Shown here: one piece after another, positions 46,409 through 54,547 of the stretch | Layout of the letters: each line of letters starts with the position of its first letter | How positions within the stretch are numbered: position 1 is the first letter of the stretch | IMG/VR virus record: IMGVR_UViG_3300046777_000527 | Location: 1 to 55,758 of that record | Direction: 5' to 3' (one strand) | From: a virus | Lineage: Duplodnaviria > Caudoviricetes | DNA length: 55,758 bases | Position numbers and translations under genes: made by a program | Notes under the pieces: generated by a model | The model's input: only the letters and a program-made list of their open reading frames with translations | What the model was told of the DNA's origin: nothing | Databases searched by the model: none

Positions 46409-46599
46409 AGTACGAGAACATGGACGATACGACAAAACACATACTGGATGCTATGTCCGTCGTCACAGTCGTGGGGACGATAGTTCAAATGCTGCCATCT
46501 ATAGCCGCACTGTTCACTATTGTGTGGACAGGAATTCGTATATACGAGACAGACACAGTCCAGAAACTTCTGGGTAAGGGGAACAAAGATGGCGAGTAA
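46396..46599 (+). CDS. Small membrane protein, possible holin
   Basis: Hydrophobic segments (SVVTVVGTIV, IAALFTIVWTGIRIY) and a charged C-terminus. Confidence 0.5.
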   Translation: MEMLKYENMDDTTKHILDAMSVVTVVGTIVQMLPSIAALFTIVWTGIRIYETDTVQKLLGKGNKDGE

Positions 46600-46816
46600 A
46601 GAGAACGTCAAACCCCCAAAAATGGAAACTGTTGGTGAGGAGTCTATCGCAGACAAGATCAAGTCCGTTAAACAGGAAGAGCAACAGCGGAAGATGGAGA
46701 AAGAAGTCTACCCGCCTAAAACTCCTGAGCCAGTAAAAAAGGCTAAGGGCGGCACCGCTTCGTCTCGTGCTGACGGCTGTGCAATGCGCGGCAAAACCCG
46801 TGGAAAGATGTACTGA
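46589..46816 (+). CDS. Small basic protein
   Basis: Start ATG 46589; ends AKGG...RADGCAMRGKTRGKMY. Confidence 0.65.
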   Translation: MASKENVKPPKMETVGEESIADKIKSVKQEEQQRKMEKEVYPPKTPEPVKKAKGGTASSRADGCAMRGKTRGKMY

Positions 46817-48069
46817 TGCCTAGCGTATCTGACCTTAGAGAACAGCTGAAAAACCAGCTGGCTGATTTTGACAATAGGGTCAAAGAGCTAAACGCGTCTA
46901 AACCAAACAAAGCAAAAGAACGCGAAGCATGGTTAAAAGACCGTCAGAAAGAAAAAAACGAGATAAACGCCAACTTTGCAAACCGCCTTAGAGACCTTAA
47001 TAACGAGTACTCCCAGCGAATCAGAGATTTTGACAAAGACACCAATAACGAGCAAAGTTCTCGTCAACGGGATATAAACAATGAGCGCGATGCTGCGTCT
47101 AAGCGACGCATGCAAACTGAGCTAACAGAGTGGCAAAGAAACCGCGCTGCTGAGCGTACTCGTCTTTTAGCAGACCAACAAAGCGCGATCAATGAAACAA
47201 ATAAAAACAAAGCTAACGAAATAGCAAACAAAGACAACGAAATTAAACAGTACAACACGGACTATACAAACTGGGTTGCGGATACTGACAAGCAAATAGC
47301 GCAGCTAGGTAAAGATAAAGGCGCTTTTAACACCACCCAGAACCAAGCTATACAGCAGCGTGGTGTGGTAGAAACGCAAGCTAAAAAATTGGGCATTGAG
47401 CCAGATGAGTATGAACAGTTTTTAAGTAAAAAGGCAGATTATCAGCAGTTAAAGCAAGAGTACAAACCGTATCTAGGTCAGCTGACTGAGAACGCTACTC
47501 GTGACGCGGCTATTGCTGAAATTGCTAGAGCGCAAAAGATAGACCCCTCGGTGTTGAAAAACTACTTTGCGTCACGGGAAATTACGCCGTTGTACGAGCA
47601 AGCCGAACGAGCTAAAGCTGAAGCTACCGCTAAAGCTGAAGCCGATGCTAAAGCGTATCAACAGTCGCAAGCGGCTAGAGCGGCGCAGATGCAAGAGTAT
47701 GCAAACCAGATGGCAGCAAAGATGCAGGCGCGCAAAGCTCAAAATTACGCGCAGATGTACAACGTGCTATCTCAGAACATGCCTACTCCTGTAGGGTATG
47801 CTCAGCCAGCTACAAGCCGTCAAGCCCAGACTACTATGTTAGACGCTGGCAGTGGTGGGTATGGGATTATGCCGCCACAACAGATGTCACCCGCACAGAT
47901 TGCTCAGATGTCGGGGATTATGCCTCAGGGTACACCACTACCCCCTGAACTGATGCAACAGCTCGCACAGCAACAGGCGTCACGGCAGGCGGCCCAGCAG
48001 CAGGTAGCGCAGGAAAGCCCACAAGGTGTACAACCCGCTAAGCGCGGCGGCATCATGAGAGGGATGTGA
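46816..48069 (+). CDS. Coiled-coil / Q-rich hypothetical protein
   Basis: 417 aa, TGATG overlaps on both sides; ends AKRGGIMRGM. Confidence 0.7.
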   Translation: MPSVSDLREQLKNQLADFDNRVKELNASKPNKAKEREAWLKDRQKEKNEINANFANRLRDLNNEYSQRIRDFDKDTNNEQSSRQRDINNERDAASKRRMQTELTEWQRNRAAERTRLLADQQSAINETNKNKANEIANKDNEIKQYNTDYTNWVADTDKQIAQLGKDKGAFNTTQNQAIQQRGVVETQAKKLGIEPDEYEQFLSKKADYQQLKQEYKPYLGQLTENATRDAAIAEIARAQKIDPSVLKNYFASREITPLYEQAERAKAEATAKAEADAKAYQQSQAARAAQMQEYANQMAAKMQARKAQNYAQMYNVLSQNMPTPVGYAQPATSRQAQTTMLDAGSGGYGIMPPQQMSPAQIAQMSGIMPQGTPLPPELMQQLAQQQASRQAAQQQVAQESPQGVQPAKRGGIMRGM

Positions 48070-48470
48070 TGCCAGCAGTGTCGAAGAAACAGGAACGGTT
48101 CATGCAGGCGGTTGCCCACAACCCTGCGTTTGCCAAGAAAGTTGGAGTGTCGCAGAAGGTAGGTAAAGAATTTACTAAATCTGGAGGTGGTATGGCTGAG
48201 TCGAAGAAGATGGTTGGTAAGGAGGTAGCGTTCATGAAGAAAAAAGGCGCTCCAAAGTCCATGATTAAACATGAGGAAGCTGAGATGAAAGGTATGAAAA
48301 AAGGCGGTATGGCTAAGTATGCCAAGGGCGGCATGGTCGGTGCTTCGAAGATGGGCGCGGTTAAGACTGCAGCTCCTAGCCGTGACGGTGTTGCTACTAA
48401 GGGTAAGACCAAAGGCACCATGATTAAGATGGCCGGTGCTAAAGGTATGAAGTACGGCGGCAAGTGCTGA
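48069..48470 (+). CDS. Small K/M/G-rich basic protein
   Basis: MPAVSKKQERFMQAVAHNPAFAKKVG; several xKGG motifs. Confidence 0.7.
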   Translation: MPAVSKKQERFMQAVAHNPAFAKKVGVSQKVGKEFTKSGGGMAESKKMVGKEVAFMKKKGAPKSMIKHEEAEMKGMKKGGMAKYAKGGMVGASKMGAVKTAAPSRDGVATKGKTKGTMIKMAGAKGMKYGGKC

Positions 48471-48471
48471 C

Positions 48472-48756
48472 ATGATGCCCTCACGTGGCATGGGCGCCAT
48501 AAACCCTTCTAAGATGCCCGGCGGGAAGAAGAAAGCCCGTCGGGATGACACTGACTTTACTCAGTATAAAGAGGGCGGTAAGGTATCCAAAGTCAACGAG
48601 GCTGGCAACTATACCAAGCCCGGCATGAGGAAAGCTCTGTTTAATCAGATCAAAAACTCAGCTACGCAAGGTACAGCTGCCGGACAGTGGAGTGCTAGGA
48701 AAGCACAGCTGCTAGCAAAGAAGTACAAAGAAAAAGGCGGGGGGTATAAAGGATGA
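48472..48756 (+). CDS. Basic protein (N-half of DUF5872-like family)
   Basis: NYTKPGMRK...GQWSARKAQLLAKKYKEKGGGY. Confidence 0.7.
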   Translation: MMPSRGMGAINPSKMPGGKKKARRDDTDFTQYKEGGKVSKVNEAGNYTKPGMRKALFNQIKNSATQGTAAGQWSARKAQLLAKKYKEKGGGYKG

Positions 48757-48986
48757 AAGCCCCTCAGCAAAGCTTGAAGGCGTGGACTGACCAGAAATGG
48801 CGGACTAAGTCTGGCAAGCCATCGTCAAAGACCGGTGAGCGGTATCTGCCGGAGAGGGCGATTAAAGCGTTGAGCCCAGCTGAGTATGCAGCTACGACAA
48901 GGGCAAAGCGCGCTGGCAAAGCTGCCGGGAAGCAGTTTGTGAAGCAACCCAAGGGCGTAGCCCAGAAGACCGCGAGGTTTAGATAA
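48753..48986 (+). CDS. Basic protein (C-half of DUF5872-like family)
   Basis: QQSLKAWTDQKWRTKSG...ERYLP...LSPAEY. Confidence 0.7.
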   Translation: MKAPQQSLKAWTDQKWRTKSGKPSSKTGERYLPERAIKALSPAEYAATTRAKRAGKAAGKQFVKQPKGVAQKTARFR

Positions 48987-49165
48987 TGGCTGAGAAGTGG
49001 ATACAGAAAGCGATCAAGAAGCCCGGTGCTTTGCGTGCGCAGCTTGGCGCAAAGGAAGGCAAACCTATCCCAGCTAAGAAGCTAGCTGCAGCAGCCAAGA
49101 AACCCGGCAAGCTAGGACAACGTGCTCGTCTGGCTCAGACTCTGGGTAAGATGAAGAAGAAATAA
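48986..49165 (+). CDS. 59-aa basic protein (below cutoff)
   Basis: MAEKWIQKAIKKPGALRAQLG...RARLAQTLGKMKKK fills the gap exactly. Confidence 0.7.
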   Translation: MAEKWIQKAIKKPGALRAQLGAKEGKPIPAKKLAAAAKKPGKLGQRARLAQTLGKMKKK

Positions 49166-49906
49166 ATGGCATACACATCCGACACGTACAACTTTAACCC
49201 TGACCTCAACGAACTGTTCGAAGAGGCGTTTGAGCGTTGCGGCTTAGAGCTACGCTCGGGTTATGACTTCCGTACGGCGCGGCGTAGCCTAAACTTCTTG
49301 CTGGCCGAGTGGGGTAACCGGGGTATCAACCTGTGGACTATTGAGCAGGGCGAGATACCCCTCATTCAAGGGCAAGTGACTTATGATCTTCCTGCCAATA
49401 CAGTTGATCTTGTTGAGCATGTTATTCGTACTAATGCTGGACAGGGCCCTAATCAGACCGATCTGAATATCACGCGGATCAGCGTATCAACTTACTCTAC
49501 TATCCCTAACAAGCTTACACAGGGTCGTCCTATTCAAGTATGGGTAAACCGTCAGTCAGGACAAAAGGTAGGGTCGAACACTGCTACGCCGAGCTATCCG
49601 CAGATTAATGTCTGGCCTGCGCCCGATCAGGGCTCAGCTGAAGTGCCTTACTATTACTTTAAGTACTGGCGCATGCGCCGTATTTTTGACGCTGGTAGTG
49701 GTACAAACGTGGTGGATATTCCGTTTCGTTTCTACAACGCTATGGTGGCTGGACTGTCGTTCATGCTGGCGGTTAAACGCCCTGAGGTAGACCCGATGCG
49801 CGTGCAGGCACTGAAGATGATGTATGACGAAGCGTGGGACTTGGCGTCTGGTGAGGATAGGGAAAAGGCGGCAGATCGGTTTGTTCCTCGTGAGTCGTTT
49901 ATTTAA
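49166..49906 (+). CDS. Putative head-tail adaptor protein
   Basis: EEAFERCG...ARRSLN, WPAPD and C-terminal helix pattern; virion synteny. Confidence 0.6.
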   Translation: MAYTSDTYNFNPDLNELFEEAFERCGLELRSGYDFRTARRSLNFLLAEWGNRGINLWTIEQGEIPLIQGQVTYDLPANTVDLVEHVIRTNAGQGPNQTDLNITRISVSTYSTIPNKLTQGRPIQVWVNRQSGQKVGSNTATPSYPQINVWPAPDQGSAEVPYYYFKYWRMRRIFDAGSGTNVVDIPFRFYNAMVAGLSFMLAVKRPEVDPMRVQALKMMYDEAWDLASGEDREKAADRFVPRESFI

Positions 49907-49908
49907 CC

Positions 49909-50322
49909 ATGAGTAACAGGTTTGCTAGTGGTAAGAATGCGATCTCGGAGTGTGATCGTTGCGGGTTTAGATATAAGCTAAAGGAACTACGGAAGCTTAC
50001 GATCAAGACCAAGCAGGTCAACATCAAGGTCTGCAAGACATGCTGGGAACCAGACCAGCCGCAGTTGCAGTTAGGTATGTATCCCGTGGACGATCCTCAA
50101 GCGTTGCGCGATCCACGGCCAGATAAAAGCTATACGCAGTCCGGCTACACTGGCCTGCAGCTGACGTTAGATACAGACTTTGGTGACCCGGGCGAGGGCA
50201 GTAGGATTATTCAGTGGGGGTGGAACCCGGTAGGTGGGGCGCAAGCGTACGACAACCCGCTGACCCCCAACAACTTGGTGTCAGTGCCGGTGGTAGCAAA
50301 CGTGACTATTACGATCACTTAG
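49909..50322 (+). CDS. Conserved Zn-finger-like virion-region protein
   Basis: CDRCG...CKTCWEPDQPQL. Confidence 0.7.
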   Translation: MSNRFASGKNAISECDRCGFRYKLKELRKLTIKTKQVNIKVCKTCWEPDQPQLQLGMYPVDDPQALRDPRPDKSYTQSGYTGLQLTLDTDFGDPGEGSRIIQWGWNPVGGAQAYDNPLTPNNLVSVPVVANVTITIT

Positions 50323-50330
50323 GAGTAAAT

Positions 50331-50486
50331 ATGGACAAGATGAAACAGGTAGCCAAAGCAGAAGTTAAGGCTCATGAGAAGCGCATGCACCATGGCAAAG
50401 GCATGAAAAAAGGAGGCGTCACTAGCATGGACATGAAGAAGATGGGCCGTAACCTTGCTCGTGCCGCAAACCAGAGAGGTCGATAA
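50331..50486 (+). CDS. Small basic protein
   Basis: ATG 50331 behind AGGAG; GMKKGG motif. Confidence 0.65.
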   Translation: MDKMKQVAKAEVKAHEKRMHHGKGMKKGGVTSMDMKKMGRNLARAANQRGR

Positions 50487-50749
50487 TGGCTAAGTTTTCA
50501 CAGAAAGTGAAAGGCAAGGAAGTCGGTCAGGCTTCCGTGTACGCCGCCCCCCATGACATGAAGGGTAAGTCTTCTAGCATCGACGCCGATTCCCGCTATA
50601 CCCCCGGCGCTAATGTCATGAACGAGATGAACCCATCTGTTGCTGGACTCAGCAAAGGCAACTATAAGGGCACCAAGACTGACGGTATCGTCACTCGGGG
50701 TAACGGCGCAGCAACTAAAGGTACTAAAGCACGCGGTCCGATGGCATGA
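50486..50749 (+). CDS. Small basic protein
   Basis: TAATG overlap; ends RGNGAATKGTKARGPMA. Confidence 0.7.
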   Translation: MAKFSQKVKGKEVGQASVYAAPHDMKGKSSSIDADSRYTPGANVMNEMNPSVAGLSKGNYKGTKTDGIVTRGNGAATKGTKARGPMA

Positions 50750-51420
50750 CTTATACAGAGCTTGTAGCCGCTATAACGGCGTACACCGAGAACTACGAAC
50801 AATTGTTCGTAGACAATATTCCTGTGTTTGTTACACAGGCGGAACAGCGCATCTATAACTCTGTGCTTATCCCGCCCCTACGCAAGAACGTGACCGGTGC
50901 GACTAAAGCGAACAACAAGTATCTGCCATGCCCCGTAGATTATCTGTCCTCATATTCCATGGCGGTTATAGATGCTGACGGCAATTACGAGTATCTGCTT
51001 AACAAAGACGTTAACTTTATTCGTGCGGCATACCCTAGCCCAGCTGATACTGGCATACCTAGGTATTACTCTATTTTTGGCCCTGCGGTAGCCAGCGAGA
51101 TCATTTCTGATGAGCTAACGTTTATTCTGGGTCCGACCCCTGACGCCGCGTATTCAGTGGAGCTGCACTATTACTATTACCCTGAGTCAATCACAATAGC
51201 CGCCGATGGGCGCACGTGGCTGGGCGATAACTACGACCCTATTTTGCTCTACGGTTCTTTGCTAGAGGCTTACACTTTTATGAAGGGTGAGCAAGACGTT
51301 ATGGCGTTCTATGGGCAAAAGTATGCTGAGGCGTTGCAACAGCTTACTCGTCTGGGCGATGGTCTGGAGCGTGGCGATGCATACCGTGAAGGTCAGCCAA
51401 GGATTAAGGTGACCACGTGA
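50746..51420 (+). CDS. Putative tail adaptor / tubular-type protein
   Basis: MTYTELVAAI..YTE, GPTPD, LLYGSLLEAY. Confidence 0.6.
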   Translation: MTYTELVAAITAYTENYEQLFVDNIPVFVTQAEQRIYNSVLIPPLRKNVTGATKANNKYLPCPVDYLSSYSMAVIDADGNYEYLLNKDVNFIRAAYPSPADTGIPRYYSIFGPAVASEIISDELTFILGPTPDAAYSVELHYYYYPESITIAADGRTWLGDNYDPILLYGSLLEAYTFMKGEQDVMAFYGQKYAEALQQLTRLGDGLERGDAYREGQPRIKVTT

Positions 51421-51839
51421 CCATACAACAGGGCATAACTAATAGCTTCAAGGAGCAGATGTTGCAGGGGCAGCAGAACCTGACTTCAGATACCTTGAAG
51501 ATGGCCTTGTATACGGCGTTTGCTACGTTAGGTCCTACTACCACTGTGTATAGCTCAGAAGGTGAAACGTCGGGTACAGGTTACACGGCGGGGGGTGAAA
51601 CGCTAGTAAACGTTAATATTTCGTCATCATCTAACGGCATTGTCTACGTAAGCTTTAACAACCCTGTCTGGGCAAATGCTACGTTTACTACACGCGGTGC
51701 CCTTATTTATAATGCTACACAGAGCAACAGCTCTGTGGCTGTTTTGGACTTCGGGGCAGATAAAACCCCGGCTGGACAAACCTTTACCGTCACATTGCCT
51801 GCCAATACAGCAACGACGGCTTTAATTCGTTTTCCTTGA
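51417..51839 (+). CDS. Putative tail structural protein
   Basis: LKMALYT...GYTAGG..L...RGALIYN...VLDFG. Confidence 0.65.
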   Translation: MTIQQGITNSFKEQMLQGQQNLTSDTLKMALYTAFATLGPTTTVYSSEGETSGTGYTAGGETLVNVNISSSSNGIVYVSFNNPVWANATFTTRGALIYNATQSNSSVAVLDFGADKTPAGQTFTVTLPANTATTALIRFP

Positions 51840-51848
51840 GGAGTCATC

Positions 51849-52424
51849 ATGACTATTGAATCTTCTAAATCCAGCGAGACCGTCAGCGGTGCTGTTGCGC
51901 GTAAGACCGGTTTTGTTGAGAACATGTCGGCAGGCGGTGTGTTTACCGTTACTTGCCATGACAAAGACGGCAACCTGAAGTGGGCTGACCTTGCTCCAAA
52001 CCTTGTGGTCAACACAGGTCTGCAGGACATGAACACCAAATTCTTCACTGGCTCATCCTATACAGCTACGTGGTACATCGGTCTGGTGGGTAACACTGCT
52101 TCGAACACTACTTTTTCTGGTGGCGACACTCTGGCCTCGCACGCTGGCTGGGAAGAGAACAGCAGCTACACTGGCAATCGCAAGGCTGCTACATTTGGCG
52201 CAGCTACGTTGGCTGACCCATCAAATATCAACAATGCATCGTCTACCGCGTCGTTCACCATGAACGCTAACGCGACTATTTCTGGTGCTTTCTTGGCAAA
52301 TGTAGCTACAGGTACATCCGGCACGCTGTTCTCGGTGTCTGACTTTCAGTCGCCCGGCGACCGTCAGGTTGTTTCTGGCGACGTGCTAAACGTAACTTAT
52401 TCGTTCAACCTTGATGCGTCTTAA
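51849..52424 (+). CDS. Putative tail structural protein
   Basis: RBS GAGGAG; NLVVNTGL...GDVLNVTY. Confidence 0.65.
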   Translation: MTIESSKSSETVSGAVARKTGFVENMSAGGVFTVTCHDKDGNLKWADLAPNLVVNTGLQDMNTKFFTGSSYTATWYIGLVGNTASNTTFSGGDTLASHAGWEENSSYTGNRKAATFGAATLADPSNINNASSTASFTMNANATISGAFLANVATGTSGTLFSVSDFQSPGDRQVVSGDVLNVTYSFNLDAS

Positions 52425-52436
52425 TAGGAGATGACT

Positions 52437-52607
52437 ATGTTTAAGAAGGGCGACAAGGTCAGACTGAAAGTTACGACACCGCAAGGTGAGATTGCGCACA
52501 TGCGCATGGACGAGGACGGCACTATCTGGTACTTGATGTCATGGACTAACGACGACACTACGCAAGAGCGCTGGTTTACTTTTGACGAGCTGGAATCTGT
52601 GGAGTAA
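52437..52607 (+). CDS. 56-aa protein (SH3-like, FKKGDKVRLK)
   Basis: AGGAG 6 nt upstream; fills the gap; below the ORF cutoff. Confidence 0.65.
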   Translation: MFKKGDKVRLKVTTPQGEIAHMRMDEDGTIWYLMSWTNDDTTQERWFTFDELESVE

Positions 52608-52610
52608 TGT

Positions 52611-53519
52611 GTGGCCATCGTCGATGGGGGCTATAGCAGCGGTACATGGGGCGAAGCTGGGTGGGGCTGTTCGGTCTACTACCCGCTTGTCTCTAACGCT
52701 GGCTGGGGGCTAGGCGCATGGGGGTCTGATGGTTGGGGGCTTGGCGACGGTGGGTTGGTTACGGCCTCTGAACAGACGAACATTGCTGGCACGGCTCCTG
52801 TCATAGTCTTTATTGAAGAGAGCGCGGCAGCTGCAGATTTTGTCTTTAGCCAGCAAATTAAAGTTGGTACGGTTAGCGAGACGGCAACGGCAGCGGATAC
52901 GGTAGCAAGCGTGTTTGCTCTTGGTGTTAGTGTTGCAGAGTCTGCTGCGGTAAGTGATGTGGTGTCTAGCCTGTTTACTGTAAATGGGCGCGTAAGCGAA
53001 ACGGCAGCTGCAGCGGACGTAGTAAGCAGCCTAGCAAATGTAAACTCTCGGGTGGCTGAGAGTGTTGTAGCAACAGATGCAGTAACACCGCTACGCACCA
53101 CGTTTGGTACGGTGTCAGAGACTGCAGCTGGACTCGACGAGGTTTCATCTATACCTGCTTACAGGGTAGTTGTTGACGAGACGGTGTCAGGTAATGTTGA
53201 GATAACAAGCGTCTTTGCTATACCAAACAATATAGGTGAAGGCGTAGTGGCTGCAGACGATATTAACGTATTTAACACAATGCTCACCAGCATTGTAGAA
53301 GCGGCAAATGTTTCGTTGACCGTAGCAGCTCAAGCAGACTTCAGTGTGCAGGTCGCAGAGACAACAACAGCAGCAGACGCGGATAGCGCAACAGGCAGTA
53401 TTACAGTATTTGTATCCGACTCGGTTACAGCGGTAGATAGAGTAAGCAGAAGGTTGTTGTGGGAGCCGATAGATACCGGTGTAGACGAGGACTGGACGCT
53501 CATAAACACTAATTTGTAA
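52611..53519 (+). CDS. Fibre-like protein with eleven 20-aa tandem repeats
   Basis: N-terminal WG repeats, then V-x-E-[ST]-x-x-x-x-D-x-V units at exact 20-aa spacing. Confidence 0.7.
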   Translation: MAIVDGGYSSGTWGEAGWGCSVYYPLVSNAGWGLGAWGSDGWGLGDGGLVTASEQTNIAGTAPVIVFIEESAAAADFVFSQQIKVGTVSETATAADTVASVFALGVSVAESAAVSDVVSSLFTVNGRVSETAAAADVVSSLANVNSRVAESVVATDAVTPLRTTFGTVSETAAGLDEVSSIPAYRVVVDETVSGNVEITSVFAIPNNIGEGVVAADDINVFNTMLTSIVEAANVSLTVAAQADFSVQVAETTTAADADSATGSITVFVSDSVTAVDRVSRRLLWEPIDTGVDEDWTLINTNL

Positions 53520-53528
53520 GGAAACATT

Positions 53529-54125
53529 ATGGCGAGTACATATTCCGCGCTAAAGATCGAGCTGATTGGTACCGGTGACCAAGCGGGTACATGGGGCGCT
53601 ACTACTAACACCAACCTCGGAACGGCACTTGAAGAAGCTATCACTGGTTCTGCCAACGTTACGTTTGCTAGCTCGAACGTTGCAATTGCTCTGACAGATA
53701 CAAACGCCACGCAGACTGCACGTAACTTGCGGCTTAACTTGGTAGGAACAATTACCAATGCGCAAACCCTGTTTATCCCAGCGATAGAAAAGCAGTACCT
53801 TATTGTCAACGGCCTATCTAACTCGGTTGTTATTTCCAACGGTACAAACGCTGCGCCCACTGGCACGACGGTAACGATTCCTGCTGGTAAGTCGGCAGTG
53901 GTGTTTAACGATTCTGCTAATGTGGCGGAAACGACAAACTTTTTTAGCGTGTTGTCGCTGGGTTCGCCTCTGGCTATTAGTAGTGGTGGTACGGGTCTGG
54001 CGACTATTGGTTCTAACGGGCAAGTTTTAACATCAAACGGCACAGTGGCCTCATGGCAAACTCCAGCAGCAACTGGCGTGACTACTGGTAAAGCAATCGC
54101 TATGGCGATGATATTTGGCTTCTAA
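53529..54125 (+). CDS. Tail fibre-like protein
   Basis: STYS.LKIELI.TG...TWG.TTN.NL N-terminus; GGTG...GQVLTSNG...SW fibre motif. Confidence 0.7.
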   Translation: MASTYSALKIELIGTGDQAGTWGATTNTNLGTALEEAITGSANVTFASSNVAIALTDTNATQTARNLRLNLVGTITNAQTLFIPAIEKQYLIVNGLSNSVVISNGTNAAPTGTTVTIPAGKSAVVFNDSANVAETTNFFSVLSLGSPLAISSGGTGLATIGSNGQVLTSNGTVASWQTPAATGVTTGKAIAMAMIFGF

Positions 54126-54136
54126 GGAGTATATAA

Positions 54137-54538
54137 ATGGCAAACCCTAACATCGTTAATGTTACGCAGATTTATGGGCAGACTAACTTTCTGACCCCTG
54201 CGAATACATCTACGCTCGTGCTGGTAGCAAACACCAGCGGCTCAGGCAACGTGTTCAAGATCGATCAGGTTGTCGCTGCTAACCAGACCAACACCGCTGC
54301 AAACGTGACTGTATCTATTTTCACAAGCGGCGCAACTTCGTCTGGTAACGCTGTGACCACCGGCGCTGGCAACACGTTCCCGATTGCATCAAACATCTCT
54401 GTTCCTGCGTATGCTTCGCTGATCGTGATGGACAAGACCACGGCGACTTATTTACTGGAAGATCGTTCCATTGTTTGCGCCAGCGGTACTGCGAATGCAA
54501 TTACCTTCTCGGTAAGCTACGAACAAATCAGCTCGTAA
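54137..54538 (+). CDS. Tail-associated structural protein
   Basis: RBS AAGGAG; MANPNIVNVT...SYEQIS. Confidence 0.7.
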   Translation: MANPNIVNVTQIYGQTNFLTPANTSTLVLVANTSGSGNVFKIDQVVAANQTNTAANVTVSIFTSGATSSGNAVTTGAGNTFPIASNISVPAYASLIVMDKTTATYLLEDRSIVCASGTANAITFSVSYEQISS

Positions 54539-54547
54539 GGGGTAGCA

